NCBI GenBank assembly: GCA_000091165.1
Contig: FP565575.1
Location: 90,001-122,000 of the forward strand
Length of the DNA: 32,000 nucleotides
Direction: 5' to 3'
From: Candidatus Methylomirabilis oxygeniifera
GTDB taxonomy: Bacteria; Methylomirabilota; Methylomirabilia; Methylomirabilales; Methylomirabilaceae
Shown here: piece by piece, positions 14,685-22,337 of the stretch
How positions within the stretch are numbered: the stretch's first letter is position 1
Layout: every line of letters starts with the position of its first letter
Notes under the pieces: generated by a model
What the model was told of the DNA's origin: nothing
Seen by the model: the letters and a program-made list of their open reading frames with translations, nothing else
Database searches by the model: none
Position numbers and translations under genes: made by a program

Positions 14685-16304
14685 ATGACTCCCGCGCGCG
14701 ACGATCGAAGAGGGCGTGGCGATCTACGTTTGCGGTGTCTTGTTCTGGCGTTTCTCGTGCTGGGCGTCGTGTACATCCATCCCACACGATTTATGCCCCA
14801 ACGCGTCATTCGTGCCGTCTTTGTCATCGATATCACGCAGAGTATGAATACCAGGGATGCGGCTCTTCATGGTAGTCCGGTCGATCGCCTCACTTTTACG
14901 AAGCGTACCGTTCAGGACACCATCCGATGGCTGCCATGCCGATCAGAGGTGGGACTCGCCGTCTTCACGGAGCGGCGGGTCGTCCTTCTGTTTGAGCCGC
15001 TCGAGGTCTGCGAACAGAGGGCTCTCCTGCTCTCCGCCGTGTCCGCGATCGACTGGCGAATGGCCTGGGCGGCCGACAGCCGCATCGCGGCGGGCGTCTA
15101 CGATGCGGTCACGCAGGTGACGCGGCTTGCATCACAGCCGAGGCTCCTGTTTTTCACTGACGGACAGGAGGCGCCCCCGATCATGCCGGGATTTGAGCCC
15201 CGCTTCGAAGGAAAGCCGGGGGAGGTGAATGGATTGATCATCGGGATCGGCGGGCAGACCCCTGCCGAGATTCCGAAATTCGACGAGGAGGGCCGGCTGA
15301 TCGGCCACTGGACCGCCGACGATACCGGCCGTTTCCCCAGTGTCGGGACCCCGACGCTCTCAGTCGCAGAGATGGGCACGGCAGGCGAGACGGGATCGGA
15401 TGGAGCCCTCCTTCGTAATGCGCCGCAACGCCCAAGTGAGGGCTTGCCGACTCACCTCTCCTGGCTCCATGAGACCTACCTGATGGAACTCGCGAGGACA
15501 ACAGGTCTTCAGTATATCAGGCTCAACACGCCGAATGAGCTTCGGTCTCGCCTGCTCGCCCCGCCCCTCGCGCGTACGGAGGCCGTCAGGGTCGATATGC
15601 GCCGGATCTTCGCCTTTGGCGCGCTTGTCCTCATCCTGATCGGCTATACGATCATCCCAACATTCCGATTACTTGCGGCCCCTTCCGCAACAGGTGAAGA
15701 ACGACACCTGTGGCCGCTGCCCCCGGTTCGCCCAAACGCCTTACAACCTCATGAGGAGAAAACAAGAATGAAGACACTGCTGTACTCCATAATCGGCATC
15801 GCGCTCTGCACGACCTCGGTTGCCTATGCGCACGGACCGACGCCGCAGAAGCTCGAGGAGCACATTTCTATCCAGGGACCACCCGAGCAGGTGTGGGCTG
15901 CGGTCAAAGAATTCGGTGCGCCGGCAACCTGGCATCCGATGCTGAAGCAGACCACGGCTCACGGCGGCAATACCGCAGGCCGGGCGGAACGGGTGGTGAC
16001 GTTGCCGAGCGGCGGTACGATCACCGAAGGTCTGGATGAGTACGATGAGGGACGACGCTACATGGCCTGGCGTCTGCTGAAGGAGAACAAGGAAGCGTTC
16101 CCGGTCAGCTTTTATACCGTCTCGATTGAGGTGAGGCGGGCCAATGGGGGCAGTGACGTGGAATGGTTGTCGCGATTTTATCGCGCCGATACCGGCAACT
16201 CTCCTCCCCCCGAATACAGTGATGAGGCGGCGATCAAAGCGATGACGGAGTTTGCTCAGTCGGGTCTCGAGAATCTCAAGAAGCGCATCGAAACAGAGAA
16301 GTGA
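14685..16304 (+). CDS. mxaL: MxaL (vWA-domain membrane protein); the reading frame continues without a stop codon into the mxaD coding region
   Basis: N-terminal TM LRCLVLAFLVLGVVYI, MIDAS motif VFVIDITQSMN, and C-terminal TM FAFGALVLILIGYTIIP. This would normally end MxaL near nt ~15680, but no stop occurs before 16304. Confidence 0.7.
   Translation: MTPARDDRRGRGDLRLRCLVLAFLVLGVVYIHPTRFMPQRVIRAVFVIDITQSMNTRDAALHGSPVDRLTFTKRTVQDTIRWLPCRSEVGLAVFTERRVVLLFEPLEVCEQRALLLSAVSAIDWRMAWAADSRIAAGVYDAVTQVTRLASQPRLLFFTDGQEAPPIMPGFEPRFEGKPGEVNGLIIGIGGQTPAEIPKFDEEGRLIGHWTADDTGRFPSVGTPTLSVAEMGTAGETGSDGALLRNAPQRPSEGLPTHLSWLHETYLMELARTTGLQYIRLNTPNELRSRLLAPPLARTEAVRVDMRRIFAFGALVLILIGYTIIPTFRLLAAPSATGEERHLWPLPPVRPNALQPHEEKTRMKTLLYSIIGIALCTTSVAYAHGPTPQKLEEHISIQGPPEQVWAAVKEFGAPATWHPMLKQTTAHGGNTAGRAERVVTLPSGGTITEGLDEYDEGRRYMAWRLLKENKEAFPVSFYTVSIEVRRANGGSDVEWLSRFYRADTGNSPPPEYSDEAAIKAMTEFAQSGLENLKKRIETEK
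15768..16304 (+). CDS. mxaD: MxaD-like periplasmic SRPBCC-fold protein (in frame with mxaL, with its own SD and signal peptide)
   Basis: GAGGAGAA lies 7 nt before ATG 15768. Signal peptide MKTLLYSIIGIALCTTSVAYA-HG. A ~155-aa mature domain has the SRPBCC-like pattern VWAAVKEFGAPATWHPMLK...ITEGLDEYDE. Location at the end of the mxa operon fits mxaD. Confidence 0.7.
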   Translation: MKTLLYSIIGIALCTTSVAYAHGPTPQKLEEHISIQGPPEQVWAAVKEFGAPATWHPMLKQTTAHGGNTAGRAERVVTLPSGGTITEGLDEYDEGRRYMAWRLLKENKEAFPVSFYTVSIEVRRANGGSDVEWLSRFYRADTGNSPPPEYSDEAAIKAMTEFAQSGLENLKKRIETEK

Positions 16305-16307
16305 CTC

Positions 16308-17309
16308 ATGTGTCGGCGTTCACGTCTGTTCCGTCTTGCATCGGCGGCGCTTCTGTTTGGCGTCGGCACCACGGCATCGGTACGGGCCGAGTATGCCTAC
16401 ATTACCAACCAGGGCGACGACAGCGTCTCAGTCGTGAATATCGAGAAAGGGGAAGTCATCGCGACCATCGCGGTAGCCGATGCGCCTGTGGGTGTGGCGA
16501 CCACACCGGACGGTACGCATCTGTACATCACGCACCCCGAGGCGGGACTCATCTCGGAAATCGATACCGTGACACGAACGGTAGTAAAGACCATCGACAC
16601 CGGGGGGCAGCCATTTGGTATTGCGGTTGACGACACCGCCCCGGTCGCCGGCAACAACGCGCAGACCCGCCGGTTACTCTTTGTCACTGATTGGAGCCGC
16701 AACGCCGTTATGACTGTAGACCCGGTGAGAGGAGTGGTGATCGATCTGATCCATGCTGGAAAGTCGCCCGCCGGGATCGCCCTCGACCGAAGGGCGCGGC
16801 GCGTATTTGTCGCTAACCGCGAGAGCAATACGCTCACGGTGCTGGATGCGGATGTGCCGCGCAGGTATGCGGACATACCGACAGGCCGGGCGCCTTTCGC
16901 TGTGGCGCTGGTGCCCAACGGGGAGCGCGTGTACGTCGGCAATGTGCAGAGCGGGGAACTGACCGTGATTGACGCGAAAGCGCTCGATGTGGTTGCAACG
17001 GTCAAGGTCGGCCGCTTTCCTTACGGCATCGCCGTTACGCCTGACGGCGCGCGCGTCGTCGTTGCCAACCAGCAGGACCACAACATCACGATAGTGGATG
17101 CCTTGTCGCTGCGTACGGTCGGCAACATCCGTGTCGGTCGCCATCCCGACGGGGTGGATATCACCGGTGACGGCAGCCATGCACTGATCGCAAACTGGTT
17201 CGATGACTCGATTTCCATTATCGATCTCAGCACACTGAAGGAGCGAACGCGAGTCAAGGCTGGAAAGGGGTGCCGCGCCTTTGGGTCATTTATCGTGCGT
17301 AATCGATAG
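16308..17309 (+). CDS. Secreted seven-bladed YVTN beta-propeller protein (PQQ-catabolism-associated type), paralogue 1
   Basis: Signal peptide ...TTASVRA-EY. Seven repeats of the pattern YVTN/.....V.VID........I.VG..P.G.A..PDG..(V)YV. It starts 3 nt after the mxaD stop. Paralogue at 22338-23297. Confidence 0.8.
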   Translation: MCRRSRLFRLASAALLFGVGTTASVRAEYAYITNQGDDSVSVVNIEKGEVIATIAVADAPVGVATTPDGTHLYITHPEAGLISEIDTVTRTVVKTIDTGGQPFGIAVDDTAPVAGNNAQTRRLLFVTDWSRNAVMTVDPVRGVVIDLIHAGKSPAGIALDRRARRVFVANRESNTLTVLDADVPRRYADIPTGRAPFAVALVPNGERVYVGNVQSGELTVIDAKALDVVATVKVGRFPYGIAVTPDGARVVVANQQDHNITIVDALSLRTVGNIRVGRHPDGVDITGDGSHALIANWFDDSISIIDLSTLKERTRVKAGKGCRAFGSFIVRNR

Positions 17310-17328
17310 AGTGGACGCGACGCATGGG

Positions 17329-17476
17329 ATCGGTGGTGGGGGCTATTGCATGAGGCAGGTGTAATTCCACACACACCCCGACGTTCCTCAAGCGGTATCC
17401 CGACATCGAATGGGCTGTAAGTGCTTGAATAACCTGATGATCGGAGCCTGCCGCAGCAGTTGGCATAGTCATTGCT
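17329..17476 (+). promoter_or_regulatory. Sigma-54 regulatory module, copy B, ending in TGGCAT-agtca-TTGCT (17461-17476)
   Basis: 148 bp, ~77% identical to 517-662 (the kinase upstream region). It has a near-consensus -24/-12 element and lies ~340 nt upstream of the xoxF ATG, immediately upstream of the second promoter block. Confidence 0.6.
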
Positions 17477-17500
17477 TAATTAGCAAACTTAGGAGAGCCT

Positions 17501-17694
17501 GTCTGCGTGATAATCCACAGGCCTACGGTCGAGGTGTGCGAAATTTCGCCCATTCACTCCATCGCCCAGCCACACGCACGGTTGTGCGCTCAACGTGTCG
17601 ATCGTCAGTTTCCCCAGCCGCGACAAGACTTTGCCTGCGCTCCTGCAACTGCATTGATGGCCATCGAGGGTGTGGCATCCCGCTTGCTGATACC
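17501..17694 (+). promoter_or_regulatory. xoxF proximal control region: palindrome GCGAAATTTCGC (17538-17549) plus sigma-54 promoter TGGCAT-cccgc-TTGCT (17673-17688)
   Basis: It is colinear with the mxaF upstream block 6289-6480 (see that feature). The -24/-12 element is identical to the mxaF one. The palindrome lies ~135 bp upstream of GG(-24). Confidence 0.65.
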
Positions 17695-17813
17695 CAGTCG
17701 CTTGTGACAGTCCGGATACTCGTCTCGCCTACTTTGGGGAAGGGAGTGGAAGGACAGATCGGGGCGATAGTTTTCAGTAAGCGGTTCAACACACAGAGGA
17801 GGGAGTGCAGATC

Positions 17814-19718
17814 ATGGGGAAGCCGTTATCCGGTTCTACGATGGCAGGCATGATCGCCGGCGCGCTCATGCTGGCTATCGCTTCTGGCAGTGCGCTCGCC
17901 AATGAAGAGATCGTTCGGGCGAGCAAAAATCCTGATCTGTGGCCCGCGCCGGGCCGGGATCTGGCCATGACGCGTCATAGCCCGCTCAAAGACATCAATA
18001 CCGCCAACGTCGGGAAGCTGCAGATGATGTGGTCGCAATCCACCGGTGCGTTGCGTGGCCATCAGGGTCAGCCGATCGTGGTCGAGGTGGCTGGAACGCC
18101 GATGATGTTTTTTGTGAGTCCCTGGCCGAATATCGTGCAGGCGTTGGACCTGTCCGATCCTGATCATCCGAAGCAGGTGTGGAACTACAAGAAGAAAACC
18201 GACCGTGATGAGTTGGCGGTGACTCGCGCGTGTTGCGATACGATTAACCGGGGCCTGAACTATGCCGACGGCAAGGTGGTCTTTCATACCCTCGACGGAT
18301 ATGTCATCGCGCTGGACGCCAAGACCGGCAAAGAGATTTGGACGGTCAAGCATGCCTGGTCGGATAAGGGTGAAACGATTACCGGCCCGACGCTGATCGC
18401 CGAGAATAAGGTCATCATCGGGTTCGGCGGCGACGAGTTCGCCGCGCGCGGCCGGGTGACCGCGTATGACCTGAAGACCGGCAAGCAGGTGTGGAACTGC
18501 CACAGCACCGGGTCCGACAAGGATGTGTGCCTGACCCCGGAGACCAACAAGGCCAATCCGCATTACGGGACGTACGGCAAGAACCTCGGCATGATCACCT
18601 ATCCCAATGACGAGTGGAAGATCGGCGGTGGCGCGCCCTGGGAATGGTTTACCTATGACCCGGAGTTGAGGCTCGTGTACGTGCCGACGGGCAACCCCGG
18701 GCACTGGAGTCCATCCTATCGGTGCGGTGAAACCGGCGCAAACCTGACTCACGAAAAGTGTAACCAATACGACCCCGAGTTGCGCAGCGGCAGATGGGAC
18801 AACAAGTGGGCGATGACGATCTTCGCCAGAAAGATCGATACCGGCGAGGCGGTATGGGCGTACCAGATGACCACCTTCGACCAGTGGGACTACGACGGCG
18901 TCAACGAACCCGTCCTGGTGGACATGAAGGTCGACGGCAAAATGCGCAAGACGCTGGTCCACTTCGACCGTAACGGGTTTGCCTATGTGCTTGACCGTGC
19001 CGATGGGACTCTGTTGCGCGCGCATAAGTTTTTCCCCCTCAACTGGGCCGAGAAGGTCGACCTCAAGACCGGCCGTCCGGTGAAGATCAAGGAGCATTCG
19101 CCCTTCGCTCGTCATGTCAGCACGCAGGTCTGCCCGTCTTCGCTTGGCGCCAAGAACCAACAACCGATTGCGATCGATCCCAAAGAACCGCACATCGCCT
19201 ATGTGGCGACCAACTGGTGGTGCATGGAATACGAGCCGCAAGAGCGCACCCACACCCAGCAGGGCATGCTCTATGTCTTTGCGAACGTCTTCACGTATCC
19301 GATCGAGAAGGGTGTCGCGAGCAAGGTGCAGAAGTTCAACGTGCTGACCGGCGAGACCGAGTGGGCTATTCCGGATGCCTATCCGGACTGGGGCGGCATG
19401 CTGACGACCGATGGCGACCTACTGTTCTACGGCAGCCTGAGCGGAGATTTTCGCGCGGTCGATCGGAAGTCCGGCAAGGTCCTGTGGAGCCGTAAACTGG
19501 GCTCCGGCATCATCGGCAACCCGATCACGTACAAGATCAAGGGCAAGCAGTACGTGTCGGTATTGGCCGGTATCGGCGGCTGGATCGGTCTGCCGGTGAC
19601 GGCCGAGCTCGACTTTGACGACAAGTATGGAGCCATCGGCGCCACCGCTATGGCCAAGCTGACCGGGCTCGATAAGATTCCGCAGGGTGGCGTGCTCTAC
19701 ACCTTCCGTATCGATTGA
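17814..19718 (+). CDS. xoxF: PQQ-dependent methanol dehydrogenase, lanthanide-type (XoxF), copy 1
   Basis: GGAGGG SD lies 10 nt before ATG 17814. The GTG at 17805 is too close to the SD. Signal peptide ...ASGSALA-NEE, vicinal Cys TRACCDTINRG. Active-site FDQWDYDGVNE (D-Y-D at 18888-18896) carries the additional Asp diagnostic of Ln-dependent XoxF. No small-subunit gene follows. Confidence 0.93.
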   Translation: MGKPLSGSTMAGMIAGALMLAIASGSALANEEIVRASKNPDLWPAPGRDLAMTRHSPLKDINTANVGKLQMMWSQSTGALRGHQGQPIVVEVAGTPMMFFVSPWPNIVQALDLSDPDHPKQVWNYKKKTDRDELAVTRACCDTINRGLNYADGKVVFHTLDGYVIALDAKTGKEIWTVKHAWSDKGETITGPTLIAENKVIIGFGGDEFAARGRVTAYDLKTGKQVWNCHSTGSDKDVCLTPETNKANPHYGTYGKNLGMITYPNDEWKIGGGAPWEWFTYDPELRLVYVPTGNPGHWSPSYRCGETGANLTHEKCNQYDPELRSGRWDNKWAMTIFARKIDTGEAVWAYQMTTFDQWDYDGVNEPVLVDMKVDGKMRKTLVHFDRNGFAYVLDRADGTLLRAHKFFPLNWAEKVDLKTGRPVKIKEHSPFARHVSTQVCPSSLGAKNQQPIAIDPKEPHIAYVATNWWCMEYEPQERTHTQQGMLYVFANVFTYPIEKGVASKVQKFNVLTGETEWAIPDAYPDWGGMLTTDGDLLFYGSLSGDFRAVDRKSGKVLWSRKLGSGIIGNPITYKIKGKQYVSVLAGIGGWIGLPVTAELDFDDKYGAIGATAMAKLTGLDKIPQGGVLYTFRID

Positions 19719-19813
19719 TCGTGTCACGATCCCGAATGCGCTGTCGATCTGATGGTTGCCGGCGGGTGGCATCAGTCCACCCGCCGGTGCCGTCGTATGT
19801 GAGGTCGATTCGT

Positions 19814-21532
19814 ATGTCGTTGTTGAAGCAGTGCGGAACCGTACTCCTCGCCTGCGCGCTCAGCGTCACGGTCGCGCCTGCGTTTGTAATCGCCGACATC
19901 GGGCATGATGGGGGCGCGCCCAGCGTCAACGTTGCGCCTGCCTCTGCAACCGAGGGCAGCGCGTTGCTGCGGGTGTGCGCCGATCCCGGAAATATGCCGC
20001 TGTCGAATAATAAGGGAGAAGGCTTCCAGAACAAGATCGCAGAGATCCTCGCGCAGGCGATGGGCGCGCAGCTTACGTATTACTACCGACCGTATCTGGA
20101 GCGAGGCCTCACCAGCCAAACCGTGGATGCCGATCGGTGTGACATGCTGATGGATATACCGTCGGGCGAGGAACGTCTGCTGACCACCAAGCCGGTCTAT
20201 CGCAGTACCTTTGTGCTGGTCTACCGCAACGACAAAGGATACGCCTTCAAGGGTCTGGACGACCCCAGATTACTCAACGACCTCAAGGTCGGCGTCTTCC
20301 AGCATTCCGCGGCGCGGCAGGTATTGCAGGAGCGCGGCCTCGCACGCGGCAACACCATTGTGCATGCCGTCAGCTACGATACCGATGTCAACCCCGAACG
20401 GCAGCCGTCACGGCAGATCCGACAGGTGATCGACGGCCGACTGGATGTAGCTGCCATCTGGGGGCCGATGGCCGGCTGGTACAAGGCCGTCGAAGGCGCG
20501 CCGCTGACGATCCTGCCAATGAACCTCATGGATGATGCCACGCCATTGGAGTTTGAGTTGAGCGTGGGCATGCGGAGGGGCGCCGAGGAGTTGAAGACCA
20601 GGATCGAACAGGCACTGGTGCGCGAGCAGGCGCGTATCCGCCGGACATTGGAGGAGTACGGGGTGCCGCTGGTCGAATGCGCGCGGTGTCTGGTGTCGGG
20701 CACGCTGCCTTCGCATGGGCCTTACACGCCGCCCGCGCCCGTTACGGCAACGTCCCCACCGGCGGCGGCGCCCGACATGACGCAGGTGGCCTTGCAGACC
20801 GACGCCGCGCTGGCCGGCGGCGGGACGCTCGATGAGGAGTTGCACTACGCAATCCTGGCCAGTCAGCCCAAGCGGGCCGACTACCTGATCGCGCGTGGTG
20901 CCGATGTTAACGGCCGGGATGCGCAGAACCAGACGCCGCTGATGACGGCGGTCATGCACGGTCACGAACCGGTAGTCGCTCTCTTGCTGAACCGCAAGGC
21001 CGATCCGAACAGGGCGGACAACGACGGCTGGACCGCCCTGATGCGCGCCGTCCAGCGCGACGACCCTACCATGGTGCGCCTGCTGGCCGCACATGGCGCC
21101 GACCCCGAAGCGATCAATCGGAACGGCATGAGCGCGCTCACCATGGCGGCGCTGCACGGCAAGAGCCTAGCGGCAGCCGCCCTGCTGGAAAGCGGGGCAA
21201 AGGTTGACAGTGCGATCGGGACGGCGCGCTACACGCCGCTGATGATTTCGGTGTTCTCCGGCACGCAGCCTGTCGCACAGGCACTGTTGCGATATGGCGC
21301 GCAGGTCAACGCCCGTAACGGCGGCGGTCTGACGGCGTTGATGATCGCCGCGGCCTCTAATCGGCCAGAGATGGTTGCGCTGTTGCTCGGCGCAGGCGCG
21401 GATGCCGCACTCAAGGACGCAGAGGGGAGGACCGCGCTGGCGCTGGCGCGAGAGCGCGATGCCGCCACTGTCGTCAGCCTGCTCACGGGAAGGTCGGCCG
21501 TAGGCAGTGCGGCGAAGCCTGCTGCGCAGTAG
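19814..21532 (+). CDS. xoxJ: XoxJ/MxaJ-like periplasmic binding-fold domain fused to a C-terminal ankyrin-repeat domain
   Basis: ATG 19814 has GAGG 9 nt upstream. Signal peptide MSLLKQCGTVLLACALSVTVAPA. LLRVCADPGNMPLSNNKGEGFQNKIA...VYRSTFVLVYRND aligns with MxaJ (8449-9342). A Pro/Ala linker (~20700-20777) follows. Then come ~6 ankyrin repeats (~20831-21486), e.g. QTPLMTAVMHGHEPVVALLLNRKADPN and GLTALMIAAASNRPEMVALLLGAGADAA. Confidence 0.85.
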   Translation: MSLLKQCGTVLLACALSVTVAPAFVIADIGHDGGAPSVNVAPASATEGSALLRVCADPGNMPLSNNKGEGFQNKIAEILAQAMGAQLTYYYRPYLERGLTSQTVDADRCDMLMDIPSGEERLLTTKPVYRSTFVLVYRNDKGYAFKGLDDPRLLNDLKVGVFQHSAARQVLQERGLARGNTIVHAVSYDTDVNPERQPSRQIRQVIDGRLDVAAIWGPMAGWYKAVEGAPLTILPMNLMDDATPLEFELSVGMRRGAEELKTRIEQALVREQARIRRTLEEYGVPLVECARCLVSGTLPSHGPYTPPAPVTATSPPAAAPDMTQVALQTDAALAGGGTLDEELHYAILASQPKRADYLIARGADVNGRDAQNQTPLMTAVMHGHEPVVALLLNRKADPNRADNDGWTALMRAVQRDDPTMVRLLAAHGADPEAINRNGMSALTMAALHGKSLAAAALLESGAKVDSAIGTARYTPLMISVFSGTQPVAQALLRYGAQVNARNGGGLTALMIAAASNRPEMVALLLGAGADAALKDAEGRTALALARERDAATVVSLLTGRSAVGSAAKPAAQ

Positions 21533-21600
21533 CGAGTCTGGAAACCTGGGACGATTTTCTGAGCATAGCCCATGTGTCACCGGTACACCACGGCGCATGA

Positions 21601-21690
21601 AAACCCCCTTAATCCCCCTTTACGAAAGGGGGAGGCATTGAGGCGTATCAGGAATATCCCCCCCTTTACGAAAGGGGGGTCAGGGGGGTT
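21601..21690. repeat. Two tandem copies of a GC-hairpin unit (CCCCCTTTACGAAAGGGGG)
   Basis: Hairpin 1 is at 21614-21632 and hairpin 2 at 21659-21679 (CCCCCCTTTACGAAAGGGGGG). They lie in the 200-bp gap between xoxJ-ank and xoxG. No clean U-tract follows. Confidence 0.55.
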
Positions 21691-21732
21691 TGTCTGAAGT
21701 TGAACGCTATTTTCTAAGGAAGGAGTCGAACC

Positions 21733-22332
21733 GTGACGTTTCGCAATGTTGGCAGCATCGCCGTAATGAGCATCGCCTTCCTCTCCGCCTGCGGGACCGC
21801 CGGCACAACGGCGCAACCGGTCGCCGCGCCGGATCGGACGCAGCAGCCTGCTCCGCCCACGCCGGCCGAACCTGCGGCGGTCGGATCGACATCGGCGGTA
21901 CAGACGATCACCGCCCCTGCCGTGCCCGCCGGTCTCGACGGTCGGCCCATCGACCGCACCAATGCCAGCACGCCAGGCTCACTCAAGAATCCGTATGCCA
22001 ATGCGACTGAAGAGATCATCGCGCAGGGCCGTGAACGGTACCTGGCCTATGGCTGCAACGGCTGCCACGGCGGCGGAGGCGGGGGCGGTATGGGGCCACC
22101 GTTGTCCAACGAGGTCTGGGTCTACGGCAGCGATGACGACACGCTGTTCCGGTTGACGGCGATCGGGAGCGTCGAGTTGCAAAAGCTTGGGTACGCGCGT
22201 AAGAGCCGCGAGGGAGTCGTCGCTCCGATGTTGCCCTATGGTCAACTGATCAAAACTGAGGATGAACTGTGGAAGATGATCGCCTTTATCCGCACCACCT
22301 ATCGTGGCGATCCGTCGCGCAAGAACTGGTGA
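21733..22332 (+). CDS. xoxG: XoxG-type c-type cytochrome (methanol-metabolism related), predicted lipoprotein with a long Pro/Ala tether
   Basis: GTG start with AGGAAGGAG 7 nt upstream. Lipobox FLSAC. A ~75-aa low-complexity linker (PAPPTPAEPAA...). The heme motif CNGCHGGGGGGGMGPPL, with a glycine run after CxxCH, is what I recall as characteristic of XoxG-family cytochromes. Confidence 0.85.
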   Translation: MTFRNVGSIAVMSIAFLSACGTAGTTAQPVAAPDRTQQPAPPTPAEPAAVGSTSAVQTITAPAVPAGLDGRPIDRTNASTPGSLKNPYANATEEIIAQGRERYLAYGCNGCHGGGGGGGMGPPLSNEVWVYGSDDDTLFRLTAIGSVELQKLGYARKSREGVVAPMLPYGQLIKTEDELWKMIAFIRTTYRGDPSRKNW

Positions 22333-22337
22333 TCCTC

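Noticed and set aside
17805-17813. GTG at 17805 as the xoxF start (ORF-track call).
   Set aside because: It lies only 1 nt from the GGAGGG Shine-Dalgarno. ATG 17814 has the proper ~10-nt spacing and gives a normal signal peptide.
17826-19253. Very long antisense ORFs inside the large + strand genes. This one is 475 aa; others are 1489-2604, 6704-7696, 12250-13236, 20408-21157, 22299-23114, 24040-24873 and 31245-31880, all on the minus strand.
   Set aside because: They lie opposite genes with unambiguous family motifs, and their translations are Arg/Gly/Pro-rich low-complexity with no recognisable domains. Long stop-free antisense frames are expected at ~60% GC.
21601-21690. Possible CRISPR-like repeat (two similar GC-rich units).
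   Set aside because: There are only two copies, they are self-complementary hairpins with a ~25-bp spacer, and no cas genes are present. This is REP-like, not CRISPR.
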